Below are positions 39,401 to 52,282 of a DNA stretch of 64,000 nt, piece by piece. The number at the start of each line of letters is the position of its first letter. The first letter of the stretch is position 1. Source of the DNA: Pristiophorus japonicus (lineage: Eukaryota); the NCBI RefSeq assembly GCF_044704955.1, contig NC_091995.1, forward strand, positions 17,794,001 to 17,858,000. Direction: 5' to 3'. Both the position numbers and the translations under genes were made by a program. The notes under the pieces are model-generated. The model did no database searches and was not told the DNA's origin. It saw nothing but the letters and a program-made list of their open reading frames with translations.

Positions 39401-40750
39401 GATTCTCGAAAAAATGGCTCTTGTGTTTTCACGTGGTACGTTGGGTAGTAATTTCACGGGAAAGCTGTTTTTGTGCAAGCATTTTACAGCCAGTGAAGTA
39501 CTTTTCAAGTGTAGTCACTGTTGTGATTCAGGATCCAATAATTAATAAGGAAAGTTTAAGGATGATTCAAAAAGCTCTCGAACACCTCAGTTCCGCCTGG
39601 ACCAGGACAAAACAGCAAACTTCAGTCCGCAGCACCATTGTGTAACAAGCTCTGGTATGCAAATATTACACGCGGTCACATGGCGAGATTAGTCAAAAAC
39701 TTAGAGGAAGCTTGGGGGAGCGGGGGTGAGGGGATTATTTAAAGACGCAGCAGGGGCTGAAATTGCATCTAACCGACTTTCCTCGTTAGAAATCAATCCT
39801 ACAACTCTAGGATAGAGAGAGGACATTCACCTCTCAAAACATTTTGTGTAGCAATTCTTCAAGCCTTTCCTTCTTTAACTGCGCAACCAGTCCCGAAATT
39901 GTTGGTGCCAACGTGCCCGTGGTTTGGTCACTTGCTCTACAGAGGACGCTTGGAAGGTTCAGGTTTATGTTGCTCAAGGTCAATGCACGCTCTGGCCATT
40001 TTTCATGATCCTTCTATCTTCTATGATGTCCCGGAATGTACGTTAGCTCTGCTCAAAGTTTTAACGTGAATCGGTATCCATTTGCGTGTTTTAGATGCTT
40101 TTTATATGTTCTTGGGATACGAGCATGACAGTGTTTATTCGCCATCCCGTCAAGGGTGTCAAACGATGTGCATTCAAAAGATAAACGTTATTGCTACTTA
40201 TTTATATTTATATTTAACTTACTGCTACTGCTGTAGTCTCTTAGATTTAATCATCTTTTCAGAGATCCTCTACTTCATCCCGCAAACATTGGGAATACCC
40301 TGCTGCTATCTACCCCATCACCATATTTCATAACTTTAAATATTTCTGTCATATCGCCCTGGAATATGTGTTGATCATGTAAAGATTGAGTCATAACAGA
40401 AAGGGGGCAATGTCAGAATGGAGCTTAGAGTGTGTAACCTTCTATTCTGGTCAGGAATGTACTGTCTTGTTTGACCTCCTATATTCTTAACATTTTACAC
40501 TACCACAACTAGCTGTCTCAGTGATTTTTAGCTATAAACCAATGTACATTAACAACCTCTGCTGCATCTATTGCAAGCATTATTCCCGTGTCATCCACAG
40601 TGGGGAAAATCACTGCAAGAAGATAGGAAGAGAGGAACCTTTCCTTCCCATGGCAAGGTGAAAGCTTTACTATGCAAGCTTAACTGTTCAAATAAGTACA
40701 GTTCAAAGTTTATTTGGAGGAGCTTTATTTCACTTTTGACTATTCAATAG

Positions 40751-41040
40751 TGACTATGGACAACGTGGCTGACCTGTATCATTGATGACATCACAATGAC
40801 TATGGACAACGCGGCCGATGTACATTATCAATAAGATCCCAATGACTATGGACAACGTGGCCGATCTGCATCATTGATGACATAATAATGACTAGGGACT
40901 ATGCGGCCGACCTGCATCATCAGTTCCATCACAATTACTATGAACAATGCAACCGACCTGGGTAATTGGTGACATCAGAATTACTGTTGATACCAGAGCA
41001 CAGCCTGCATCATCAGTGATGTTACACGGACTATTGACAA
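40751..41040. repeat. 46-bp tandem repeat, about 6 diverged units
   Basis: tgactatggacaac.. units start at 40751, 40797, 40843, 40889, 40935 and 40981. Confidence 0.85.
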
Positions 41041-41049
41041 TTAATGATT

Positions 41050-41245
41050 GAGGTTTAGTGGTTAATGGGAAGGATTGCATTGGGGCTAGTTGGGGCTAGT
41101 GGCTAATGTGTTAGGGCTAGGGGCTGGATGTTCAAGATTATGATTAGTGTTTAGCATTAGGAGTTAGGATTAGGATTGGGGTTAGAGTGTTAGGTTTCAT
41201 GACTGGTGTTAGTACGTTTGGTCTCAGTTTCGGGTTATGGTTAGA
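41050..41245 (+). repeat. Degenerate (TTAGGG)n-like tract
   Basis: ttagggctagggg, ttaggagttaggattaggattggggttagag. Confidence 0.55.
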
Positions 41246-41299
41246 AACAACTATTCACAACACCATTGTCAACAGACATGACCATTTCTGATGTAAATT

Positions 41300-41856
41300 G
41301 TCCCTGGATTCGGTAATAAAATGTGTAAGTATTCCCTGGACTTGAACTCATGGTGCAAGTGGTCACTGGAGTTAGATTCTCAATGTAAGTGGTCTCTGGA
41401 TTTTGTCTCTCGGTGTAAGTGGCCCTTGCATTTGGTCTCAGAATTGAAGTGGTAACTGCATTTGGTCTCAGGTATAAGTAGCCACTGGATTTGGTCTCAG
41501 GGCGCAAGCAGTCCCTGGATTTGGTCTCTCGGTGTAAGTGGTCACTGGATTTTGTCTCTCGGTGTAAGTGGCCCTTGCATTTGGTCTCAGAATTGAAGTG
41601 GTAGCTGGATTTGGTCTCAGGTATAAGTAGCCCCTGGATTTGGTCTCAGGGTGCAAGCAGTCCCTGGATTTGGTCTCTCGGTGTAAGTGGTCACTGGATT
41701 TTGTCTCTCGGTGTAAGTGGCCCTTGCATTTGGTCTCAGAGTTGAAGTCGTCCCTGGATTTGGTCTCAGGCTGTAAGTCGTCCCTGGATTTGGTCTCAGG
41801 GTGTAAGGAGTCCCTGGATTTGGTCTCTCGGTGCAAGTGGTCCCTGGATTTGGTCT
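41300..41856. repeat. 30-bp minisatellite with a 149-bp higher-order repeat
   Basis: Unit ~ctggatttggtctc(a/t)(g/c)ggtgtaagtggtcc, about 18 copies; higher-order units start at 41401, 41550 and 41699. Confidence 0.92.
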
Positions 41857-42869
41857 GAGGGTTTAATTGTCAACACCTCCTGATCCCAGTCAGGTTCACT
41901 CAACCAACTTCTCATGTTTCTTTTCTCAGCTCTTTCTTTCTCTAGCCTTGATATTTTTCTTTTTTTAATGGTGTGGGGGTGCAGTCTGGTGAAGTGGGAG
42001 TCCTTCCTGTCGAACTCCCGCTGTTTCACCATTTCTCTGCTCAAACTTTTCCATTGAGATTCATTTCATTTAAAACAGTTTTACCTTCAGCACAGAAGAG
42101 CGCAGCACCCCGCTGCAGAGAGACAGAAGGTGGCTGAAAGTCGGGTGGAGCCGACCTGCAAAAACCAATGTCAAAGGCATGAAAGGCCAGAGAGAGACCT
42201 GGAAAACTGATTGGACAATCAGCGAGCACCTGGGAGGCTGAGATGTATGGGACTCAATGGCACGTGACACGAAGTTAGTGGAGGGGCTGGGAGATGTTTG
42301 TGGGCCGGATGAAACTGGAGGACAGGAGAATGCTTTGTGACTATAAGTGCACGCAAATATCACTAACAGTAAATTCCACTATGTAACCGTAATGTGCCTG
42401 AGGCCATTGCTTGTGATTTGTGATGAGCACCTACATCTGTATTCAGATTGTGCAGTTAAAGGTATCCCACTTATTTTATTGATGTACATACAGGTAAGAA
42501 CAGGCACAATGGGTGGAATGACTTCCTTCTGCGTTGCCTCATTCAATAGGAGGAACTATTGGAACGATGGGAATGTTGATATCCATGAGTCCAACTGAAG
42601 TTGTAGCAAGCATTCTGCAGTACAGGGGCAATGGGAGCAAGTGCAGCCAATGAAAAGTTGAAATCCACTCTCATTTCCTTGCCCCGAACTGAATTCATTC
42701 AAATATGAGCCTGAAAAATTCTGAGAACAATCTATTCCAGTTCCTAATGGGTATCTTTGCACAGAACAGATCTTCAACATTGATTGTCACAAAAGTGGAA
42801 ATCTCCTATTATCGTTAAAACCCTTACATCCGGGGCAGAGGATTGTGGCTGATGTCCTGCTGCAGGAAT

Positions 42870-44840
42870 TGAGCCCGTAAAGTAGGCTAATGCTCCAGTG
42901 CAATACTGGGGAAAGCGTGGAATTGATGGGGGTGTCTACTTTTTTGCTTGAACTGCTGCATTCCTTGTAATGAAGGAACTCCCACAGTGCTGTTAGGGAG
43001 GGAGCTCCAGAACTTTGATTGTGCGACCATGAAGGAATGGCAACATATTTCCAAGGCAGGATGGTGTGTAACTTGGAGGGGAGATTTGAAGTGATGGTGC
43101 TCCCATGTGCCTGCTGCCCTTGTTCTTCTAGGTGGTAGAGGCCACTGTTCTGGAATCCGTGCCTCCACGACCATGATTTTAGGTGGCAGTTGGACGAGAA
43201 GGCTGTGGCTGGTGAGGTGACCAGGGTCAGGGACCTGCTCGATGGCGGAGGAGCGGGCTGGATGGCGCCAGACATGCTGGTGCGGTGCCTAAATTCAGCC
43301 GACGTCTGCCGCGAGGCCGATGCCATCGAGTCGCTAAAAACAGCTCTGGGCCCTGACTCCGTTAGGTGTATCGAGGAGGCTCAAGCACATGGGGAGATCC
43401 CGTCCGAACTGACCCCCGTCCGGACGGAATTCCTCATCGGCGCCAAATCCTGGAACCTCCCTCGGGAGCCGGCGCCTCACAACTTGAGCCACCTCGGGGA
43501 AAACCCCTCCGTGCATTTCAGTTCTGCGCAGAGGGGTTTCCTGTCCCGGCTGCTCCTGCACACTCTCAACCTTACCATCCTCATCTGCCGTCCGGACACG
43601 CCATGGTGTACCATCTTGCTGTCCGGAGGAGACGGGGGTCCCCGATGGAGTGCACTCTATGCCGGAGTCCTCCCACTATTTATCGGGGACTTGGCCTGGT
43701 GGGTGGTGCACGGAGCAATCCCGTGCAACAAATTTTTAAGTCGGTTCATGGGGTCCCAGCCCGCCTGCAATTTCTGTCGTCTGGAAGAGTCCATGTTCCA
43801 TGTTTTTATTGAATGTACGAGGTTGCAGCCACTGTTCCATTATTTAAAGGGGCTGCTTCTGAAATTCTGGTTGCACTTCAGTCCCACACTCCTGATCTTT
43901 GGGCACCCTGTGCGGAGGGGAGCGGGTAGGTTCGTGGGCCTCCTCGTAGGACTGCTCCTGGGCACGGCCAAGGGTGCCATCAGCCGGTCCAGGCAGCGGT
44001 CGGTCGAGGGGGTCGTTCAGCCTGACTGCCTGCCTCTCTTCTGTGCCTACATCCGGGCCAGGGTGTCCTGAGAGATGGAGCACGCGGTGTCCACCGGTAC
44101 GCTCGCGGCTTTCCGCGAGAGGTAGGCACCGGAGGGACTGCAGTGCATTGTCACCCCCGGCAACCAAATTTTAATTTGATTTTATATGCTTTAAAGTTAA
44201 ATTTATTTTAAATGCTGGTTTTAGTGTCCCCCTCCCCTTTTATAGGGGGCACTTGAAAAAATATGATTTAATGCCCAAAAAACCCCCCCCAAAAAAAACA
44301 CACAAAAAATGGCCTCGAAAAATGTTTGAAGTGTCCCCCAGAATGGGGGGGGGGGGGCACTTGACTTAACTGGTTAATTTTGTCTCCTATCAAAAGAGTT
44401 CTAGGTGGTAGAGGTCTCGGATTTGGGAGATGCTGCTGAAGAAGCCTTGGTAAGTTGCGACAATGAATCTTGTAGATGGTACACACTGCAGCCATGGTAC
44501 GCTGGTGGTCGAGGGAGTGAATGTTGAAGGTGGTGGATGGGCTGCCAATCAAGCGGGCTGCTTTGTCCTGTATGGTGACGAGCATCTTGAATGTTGTTGG
44601 TGCTGCACTCATCCAAGCAAGTGGAGTGTATCCCATCACAGTCCTGAATTGTGCTTTGTGGTTGGTGGAAAGGAATTGGGGGGTCAGGAGGTGAGACACA
44701 CGTCACACAATTTCCAGCCTCTGACCTGCTCTTGTTGCCACGATATTTGTGTGGCTGGTCCAATTAAGTCTCTGGGCAATGATGACCCTCAGGATTTTTA
44801 TGGTAGGGGGTTCAATGATGGTAATGCTGTTAAATATGAA
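42870..44840 (-). mobile_element. LINE (CR1-like) 3' part hosting the Tx1 insertion
   Basis: YKAQ-R-MEY-like and IQDKAARLI peptides; sequence is continuous across the TSD. Confidence 0.7.
43142..44398 (+). mobile_element. 5'-truncated Tx1-type element with 15-16 bp TSD
   Basis: CNFC..EESMFHVFIEC; same 3'UTR; TSD ttctaggtggtagagg at 43126-43141 and 44399-44414. Confidence 0.9.
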
Positions 44841-45199
44841 GAAGAGCAATCCAGTTAGTCCCACTCCCCCGATCTTTCCCCAAATCCCTGCAATTTGTTG
44901 ACCTTTAAGTATGGAGCCATTTCCATTTTGCCAGTTACTATTGACTTTGTCTACATAAATGCACCATCACAAACATGTGTGTCATTATGAGCCCGCTGTT
45001 GGCCACGTGTTTCTGTGATCCGCAATCAATCCAGCATTATAAATATATGTTGTTGGATTATTTTTCACTGTATTTGTTAATGAGATCAGCAATTAACATA
45101 AGAAATGCTACAGTTAAGTGAGAAATCACATTGCATTTAATGCGATTTCAGCTGTTTGGGGGTTAACTCTGGTCCCTCTTCCACTCTCTTTCACTCTCC

Positions 45200-45202
<3 letters not shown>

Positions 45203-45233
<31 letters not shown>
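45203..45233. repeat. (AC)n microsatellite
   Basis: Direct reading. Confidence 0.9.
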
Positions 45234-45237
<4 letters not shown>

Positions 45238-45489
45238 CTCCAAATCAGATTTTACACATTTATTTTTGAGAAGTGCAATTTTAACCTAACCCACCCACGG
45301 GGAAACTGAGAGTGTCAGATGCAACGCTGCTTTTACAGCCCGGTCTGATTTGAGTCTTTGGCGTTCCGCCCCTTCCTGTAGAATCCCGGCCTCACCTTAG
45401 GAAGGATGTGACGTCCTTAGACTGGATGCAGGAAAGGTTAGGAGAATGGTTCCAAAGATGAGGGACTTCAGTTACGTGGATAAACTGGA

Positions 45490-48400
45490 GAACATAAGAA
45501 ATAGGAGCAGGAATAGGGCATTTTGGCCCTCGAGCCTGCTCCACCATTCAGTGAGATCATGGCTATTATCTTCCCTCAATTCCACTGGCCTGCACTGTCC
45601 CCATATCCCTTGCTTCAGTCAATATCCAAAAATCTATCGATCTTTGTCTTGAATATGATCAACGACTAAGTTTCCACTGCCCTCTGGTGTAGAGGATTTC
45701 AAAGATTTACCAAGAATAAATTGCTCCTCATCTCAGGCTTAAATAGTCGACCCCTTCTTCTGAGACTGTGACCCCTGGTTTCAGACTCCCCAGCCAGGAG
45801 AAACGAGCTCCCTGCATCTAACTTGTCAAGCCCTGTAAGCATTTTGTATGGTTCAATGAGATCACCTCTCATTCTACTAAACTCTAGAGAATATAGGCAT
45901 AGCCTGCTCAATCTCTCCTCCTTGGTCAATCCCTCCATCCGGGGAATCAGTCTGGCGAACCTTCATTGTACTACCTCTAGGCGAATATATCCTTCCTTAT
46001 GTGAATAGAATAAAACTGTACACAATACTCCAGGTGTGGTCTCACCAGGGCTCAATATAATTGCAGTAAGATATCTTTAGTTTTATACTCAAATCCTCTT
46101 GTAGTAAACACCGGCATACCACTTGCTCCCTTAATTAGTTGCTGTATCTGCATGTTAACCTTCTGTGATTCATGTACAGGTCCATTTGAATACCAACATT
46201 TTCCAATTTCGCACCATTTAAAATGTACTCTGCTTTTCTATTCTTCCTACCAAAATGGATAATTTCACATTTCTCCACATTATAATCCATTTGCCACGGT
46301 ATTGCCCACTCACTTAGCCTGTCCATATCCCCTTGAAGCCTCTTTGCATCCTCTTCACAAATTACTTTCCCACCTAGCTTTGGACCATCAGCAAACCTTG
46401 ATATATTACATTTGATTCTCTCATCAAAACAATTGATAAAGATTGTGAATAGTTGAGCGCTAAGTACCGATCCTAGCAGAAAAACACTTGTTACAGCATG
46501 CCACCTGGAAAATGACATGTTTATTCCCACTCTCTATTTTCTGTCCACAAGCCATAATTTTCGTTATAATCTCGTGGGTGGTACCTTTTCGAATGCCTTC
46601 TGAAAATCTAAATACACCACATCCACTGGTTCCCCTTATCTATTCTGCTATTTGCAACCTCAAAAAACACTAACAGATTTGTCACAGACTTGGATAGGTT
46701 AGGTGAGTGGGCAAATGCATGGCAGATGAAGTATAATGTGAATAAATGTGAGGTTATCCACTTTGGTGGTAAAAACAGAGAGACAGACTATTATCTGAAT
46801 GGTGACAGATTAGGAAAAGGAGAGGTGCAACGAGACCTGGGTGTCATGGTACATCAGTCATTGAAGGTTGGCATGCAGGTACAGCAGGCGGTTAAGAAAG
46901 CAAATGGCATGTTGGCCTTCATAGCGAGGGGATTTGAGTACAGGGGCAGGGAGGTGTTGCTACAGTTGTACAGGGCCTTGGTGAGGCCACACCTGGAGTA
47001 TTGTGTAGTTTTGATCTCCTAACTTGAGGAAGGACATTCTTGCTATTGAGGGAGTGCAGCGAAGGTTCACCAGACTGATTCCCGGGATGGCGGGACTGAC
47101 ATATCAAGAAAGACTGGATCAACTGGGCTTGTATTCACTGGAGTTCAGAAGAATGAGAGGGGACCTCATAGAAACGTTTAAAATTCTGACGGGTTTAGAC
47201 AGGTTAGATGCAGGAAGAATGTTCCCAATGTTGGGGAAGTCCAGAACCAGAGGTCACAGTCTAAGGATAAAGGGTAAGCCATTTAGGACCGAGATGAGGA
47301 GAAACTTCTTCACCCAGAGAGTGGTGAACCTGTGGAATTCTCTACCACAGAAAGTAGTTGAGGCCAATTCACTAAATATATTCAAAAGGGAGTTAGATGA
47401 AGTCCTTACTACTAGGGGGATCAAGGGTTATGGCGAGAAAGCAGGAACGGGGTACTGACGTTGCACGTTCAGCCATGAACTCATTGAATGGCGGTGCAGG
47501 CTAGAAGGGCCGAATGGCCTACTCCTGCACCTATTTTTCTATGTTTCTATGTTGTCTATGTCAAACTTGATTTTCATTTCATAAATTCGTGTTGACTGTG
47601 CCTAATCTTATTATTATTTTCTAAGTACCCTGTTACAACATCTTTACTAATAGATTATAACATTTTCCCTGCGGCTGATGTCAGGCTTACTCTTTTATCG
47701 TTCCCCGTTTTCTCTCCTCCTCCTTTCTTAAATAGCGGGGTTACATTTGCAACCTTTCAATCCACGGGAACCATTGTAAAATCTATTTTCGAAGATAACC
47801 AATGCAGCCATCTTTCTGAAGCCATCTTTTTCAAAACCCTAGGATATAGGCCATATAGGGAATTTATGGGCTTCCAGTCCCATTAATTCCTCCAGTACAA
47901 TTTTTTTACTAATATGAATTTTTTCGTGAGAATCCTCATTCTTACTAGATCTTTGGTTCTTCATTCTTTCTTGCAAATATTTTGCATCCTCTTCCATGAA
48001 GACAGAAACAAAGTATTTCTCTGCCATTTCCTTATTCACTATTATAATTTCTCCATTGTCTCAGCCTGTAAGAAACCCATATTTACTTTCACTAATCCCT
48101 GACTTTTTATTTACCTATAGCAGGTTTTACATTAGGAAAATTTGGCTTGACCAGCCTACATGTAAATTAAAGTCACCCATGAATACTGTGTCACCCTTAT
48201 TACATATGTTTCTAATTTCCTGATTTATACATAGTCCTAAAATATAACTATTGTTTGGGGTCTATAAACAACTCCAACCAATCTTTCCTGCCCCTTGCGG
48301 TTTCTTAGCTCCAACCATACAGATTCCACTTCTTGATTTCTATAGCTAAGATCTCTACCGTCCTTTATTATCAGGGCTACACCGCCTCCTTTTCCATTTT

Positions 48401-48600
48401 GCCTCTCTATTCCAAAAGTAAAGTATCCTGAAACATTTAATTTCCAACGTTGCCACTTTGCAACCACGTCTCCGTAATGGCTATTAGATCAAACCTATTA
48501 ATTTCTATCTGCACTTATAATTCATCTATTTTTTTGCAAATGCTTCACACATTCAGATATAATGCATTTATCTTTTACATATTTATATTCTTCACTGATG
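45490..48600 (-). mobile_element. Decayed CR1 interrupted by a young + strand CR1
   Basis: RT and endonuclease peptides (VESVWLELRN, VGVVYRP) on both sides of 46685-47560. Confidence 0.8.
46685..47560 (+). mobile_element. Very young CR1 3' end
   Basis: Near-identical to 37012-37778; possible short TSD tgtca. Confidence 0.9.
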
Positions 48601-50672
48601 TCACTTTAGTCACTGATGCCTTACATTATCTGTCCCTTCACAACCCACTTTGCTTATTTTTACCCAAATCTCTACTCTGATCTAGAGCCTTGAAAGATAG
48701 CATCTCCGACAGTACAGCGCTCCCTCAGCAGCTAACACCAGATATTCTGTGTGACTGTGATCAGTATCTCACGTATCATCTCCTTAGCTTTGCACTGTTA
48801 CTGACCGGAAGGTTCGGTGCACATGAACAGTCAAGAAGGAGGACCATAACCTGGGGCACTTACTTCCCGATGGAGGTCGAATAGGGTGGCTTAAATCTTG
48901 CTGATGTTGCGTTACCGAGGGTTGTGGGGGCATCCAGGACGTGATGCCCAAAAGTTATATCTAACAGCATGGGATGGCCATGTACTGTGTGTAATTAACC
49001 ATGGGTCTCATCAGAATGCATGTGAACGTTGGCTCTATGTTTTTGGATGATGTCATGGAATATTAGCATGTTATTGAGAACAATAAGCCAACCAAGTATG
49101 GACCATTGCCAAATGTTCCACTTACTGGGGGTGACCATAGGGAAACAGGAAGAAAATGCAACCTGCACCATTGCATTGTAATGGTGCCTAAGCTGGGCAG
49201 TGCAACAGGGTTGAGTCGCAGAGAAGCAGTGTGCAAAATAGGGATCAACTTGTTGATAGCTGCAGGGTGATGAAGGATATCACATCATAACTACAAACAC
49301 AATGGGATATTACTGGTGACCTTAGCGAGAGTAGCCTGGGTGATGTGGGCCGAAATAGGGGTAGTTAGAGAGATGGTGTTCAAATGCATCAAGTTACCTT
49401 AGATCGTTTCAGAACGTTAGAGATTGATGCATAGCTGAAGGGGATAGAAACATCAAAGGTGGGCTTTTTGTGAAAGAGGATAATGGGGACAGATCTTGAG
49501 AGAGGTACAATGCCTGGTGAGAGGCAGGGCCGCAAGGAAACGAGGCAGTTGAGTTGTTTCTAGCGGGAATATGAACAGTAGATGGTAAGTCTCATGGAGG
49601 TCGTCAGTCTGATAAGAACATAATGGGCAAACGTAGAGCGTTGCGGAGCGGGAACTGGAGTATGTCGGGCTTGAGAATATCTGCGAGATAGAGAGGAAGC
49701 AGAAAACAAAAGTTGCCAAGAGGATAAATGTAAGGGACGTTTTATTCCAATACAGTGGCTGCTGCCAATTTGCTAAATATTTATATTCACTTTTAATTCG
49801 GGGATCTACATATTAAAACATGATGTGCTAGGCAAGTATGAAAACGTGTGATATGCAGTGAAGAAAACTTAGCGATTTGATGAGAATCATCGAAGCAAAG
49901 AATGGTTACAGCATAGAAAGACGCCTTTCGGCCCATCGAGCCCGTGTCAGCGCTCTGCAAGAACACATCAGCTGAGCCTTGGCGAGTTGCTGCAGGAAAT
50001 CTTGTAGATGGTACACAATGCAGTCACGGTGCGCCCATGGTGCAGGGAGTGAACGTTTAAGATGGTCGATGGGGTAAAACATTATGGATCCAGGTAAGGT
50101 GAATACAGAAAATACCACGGCACTACAGGAAGAAGAGCAAGGAGATTTCCAGTGCTTCTCTCAAATAATCCACATCACCTATCAAAAAATGATCAACTGA
50201 TCCTTTATCTCATGTGTTCTGTGAGGAGCCTTTCTTGGCGCAAGGCTGTTGCTGCGTTTTACTGCAAAGCAACTGTAACTGTCACGTGGTTCTTTGCCTT
50301 AACCACCTGGGAGGAGTAAAGGGGAAAGGTTGGTTGGGATATTCTCACTGCAGTATCAGAAGTTGCTGGATTTTCCTTTCATCAAAATCAATGGAAGGAA
50401 ATTCCAGCGGATTCTATTGGAAGAGTTGGAACCTCCTCCCCATGAGATTTTGTTCCATTAGTTCCATTAGGCGATGTTTGACACCTAAACATTGAACACA
50501 AATGTCTACCCATATCTGTCAAAATGTAGCAAAGCTTTGAGACGTTCGCAAAGTCATAATTTCAGCTAATACCCGTTTCATCTGAGTTCCACCGATCTTC
50601 CGCCGTCATTACCGCGAGAGATCGGGAGAACCCAGCAGAATTTATCCCTTCCCGTGAGTTTAACGTAAAGCC

Positions 50673-50746
50673 TTTATTTCAATAAAAGGTACAACGGAAA
50701 CTTAAAAGAACAACCTGACTTGGGTCAACTGAGCAGAAACTTTATT
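50673..50746 (-). terminator. Candidate poly(A) signals of gene A
   Basis: Minus-strand AATAAA at 50741-50746 and 50673-50678, about 420-490 nt past the stop. Confidence 0.4.
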
Positions 50747-51160
50747 ATGAAAGTATCACATACTATATAGGATTATAATGAAATGCAGTCAGTTGCGTGA
50801 TGAAATTAGGTCGATTGAACAGTAACCGGTATCAAAGTTGAACATGTTGGCATCCATTTTAACAGATGTATGAATCTGTTTATTGTCTCGTATAGCACGC
50901 CCCTAAGAATAGGGGACTAATACATTTCATAAAGAAGGTGACAAATGTTCTCAACTAATACTAAAGAGCCTACTGTTAAAGCATTGGAGATTTGAAGTCC
51001 TTGCTATTGAATCATTTCCATGGAAGATTCTCCGATTATCCGCCGTTGAAGATCCCAGAGTACCCCGCGTTTCTGCCAAAGCTATGGCGGGAGAGCGGGA
51101 CAACTCTGCGAAAATTGTACCCCCAGTCTATCGGGGGCGTCTCACCATTGGGACGGATTG

Positions 51161-51280
51161 TCACGGCTCCGCTTCCTTCGCCAAAGCGTACAGCACCGCT
51201 TCTCGATTCACGGGACACTCTATTTGATTGCTCTCATGCAGATTCAGCGTGGCGTATTGCAAATTGCCATCGCCCTTTTC
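51161..51280 (-). CDS. Gene A terminal exon with ITIM(s)
   Basis: Acceptor ctttcatctcaatag|, phase 0: EKGDGNLQYATLNLHESNQIECPVNREAVLYALAKEAEP*. LQYATL fits (I/V/L)xYxx(L/V); VLYALA is ITIM-like; minus-strand AATAAA downstream. Confidence 0.8.
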   Translation of the reverse strand, partial: EKGDGNLQYATLNLHESNQIECPVNREAVLYALAKEAEP

Positions 51281-51916
51281 CTATTGAGATGAAAGTGATT
51301 CAGTGTTGAATAATGTAAATTGAATATAGCGTTTGACATCAAGCACAGTGCAATGAATGTGCAGTTTCATTTGAATAGAATTCACCCGCAGTGGACATTC
51401 TACATATAATTAGAATATGACTCTGCCTCTCAAATTTTGTAACAGGATAGAACACGCCGTCCTAAATATTCCTGTTCTTTGAATATATTTCAGCGAGTCA
51501 AGTATTGCACAATTTAAATAAAAAAACACGGGGAAATAATCAAACTAAATAGCGCACAATTACAAGTATAACTTTAAAACTCATGCATTTAGAAGCAATT
51601 CACAATTCACACTTAATGAATTCACGAACAGCATCTGGGAAAGACAGATTGACATTTGAGAATAACTGTTGAGTAGAACTTTCCATTCGGATGAAGGGTC
51701 CCAGCCCAATGTTTACCCTGTGTTTTCTCTTTCTGGTGCTGACCTACTTTGCATTTCCAGCATTTTCTGTTTCGACTTGAGATTTCAAGCATTTGCTGGT
51801 TTCCTTCTTTTCTCGACTGATCAAATGATGTGTATTTTTGTATGTGTGTGTGTGTGTGTTTGTGTAGAAACTTAGGTGCCCGTATTTTGGATCTACGTTA
51901 TGCATTCTCTATGTAC

Positions 51917-52083
51917 CTCGTGTATGTGCATGCACCTGCCTGATGGTGTGTGCCAATTAGTATTTGCAGTTTCTTTGTGAGTGCCTTTCTCTGTGTGTGC
52001 AGGCGTTTGAAATCTCAGTCTGTCAGATTTATTTTCCTGGTTGGCTCTCCGTCGAATTATAACTAATATTATAGTCCCCGGCT
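51917..52083 (-). CDS. Gene A alternative candidate cytoplasmic linker exon (phase 1->0, open)
   Basis: tttccaatag| ... gag|gtacat, 167 nt, open frame (E)PGTIILVIIRRRANQENKSDRL...MHIHE; weaker splice sites and no recognisable motif. Confidence 0.3.
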
Positions 52084-52223
52084 CTATTGGAAATTGATTT
52101 TCAACGTGCTGCGCCTGCGCATAAAATTGGCATTCGAGATGGGCCGCAATGCTAGCTTTACACCATGTGGCACGTTAAGAATCTACCCCACATCGTCAAG
52201 AAGAAAGGTTGAGGCCATCCAAC

Positions 52224-52282
52224 CTCGTTTATTTTTTAGATTGTTACACACCACGGAGTGAACTCTTTATATTCTAATCTAC
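52224..52282 (-). CDS. Gene A candidate cytoplasmic linker exon (phase 1->0) carrying an in-frame TAA
   Basis: Strong acceptor ctcttgtttacttttccag|, donor gag|gttgga, 59 nt. Reads (G)RLEYKEFTPWCVTI*KINE; the phase bridges the TM exon and the ITIM exon. Confidence 0.45.

Noticed and set aside
40596-40623. RSS-like cacagtg + 12 bp + gcaagaaga
   Set aside because: The nonamer matches only about 5 of 9 positions and there is no adjacent coding segment; expected by chance.
40751-41856. CRISPR-like array or repeat-protein exon (RPNPxTTYT / ETKSRDHL frames)
   Set aside because: No unique spacers and a eukaryotic context; the 29-bp units shift the frame, the Tyr motifs are not ITIMs, and there are no convincing splice sites.
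42085-42155. Minus-strand exon-like segment (also 37854-37903)
   Set aside because: Plausible AG/GT boundaries but no recognisable peptide and no link to either gene; it lies beyond gene A's stop and poly(A) signals.
51036-51218. ORF MSRESRSGAVRF..
   Set aside because: Alternative frame overlapping the ITIM exon and 3'UTR; the ITIM frame has the acceptor and the motifs.
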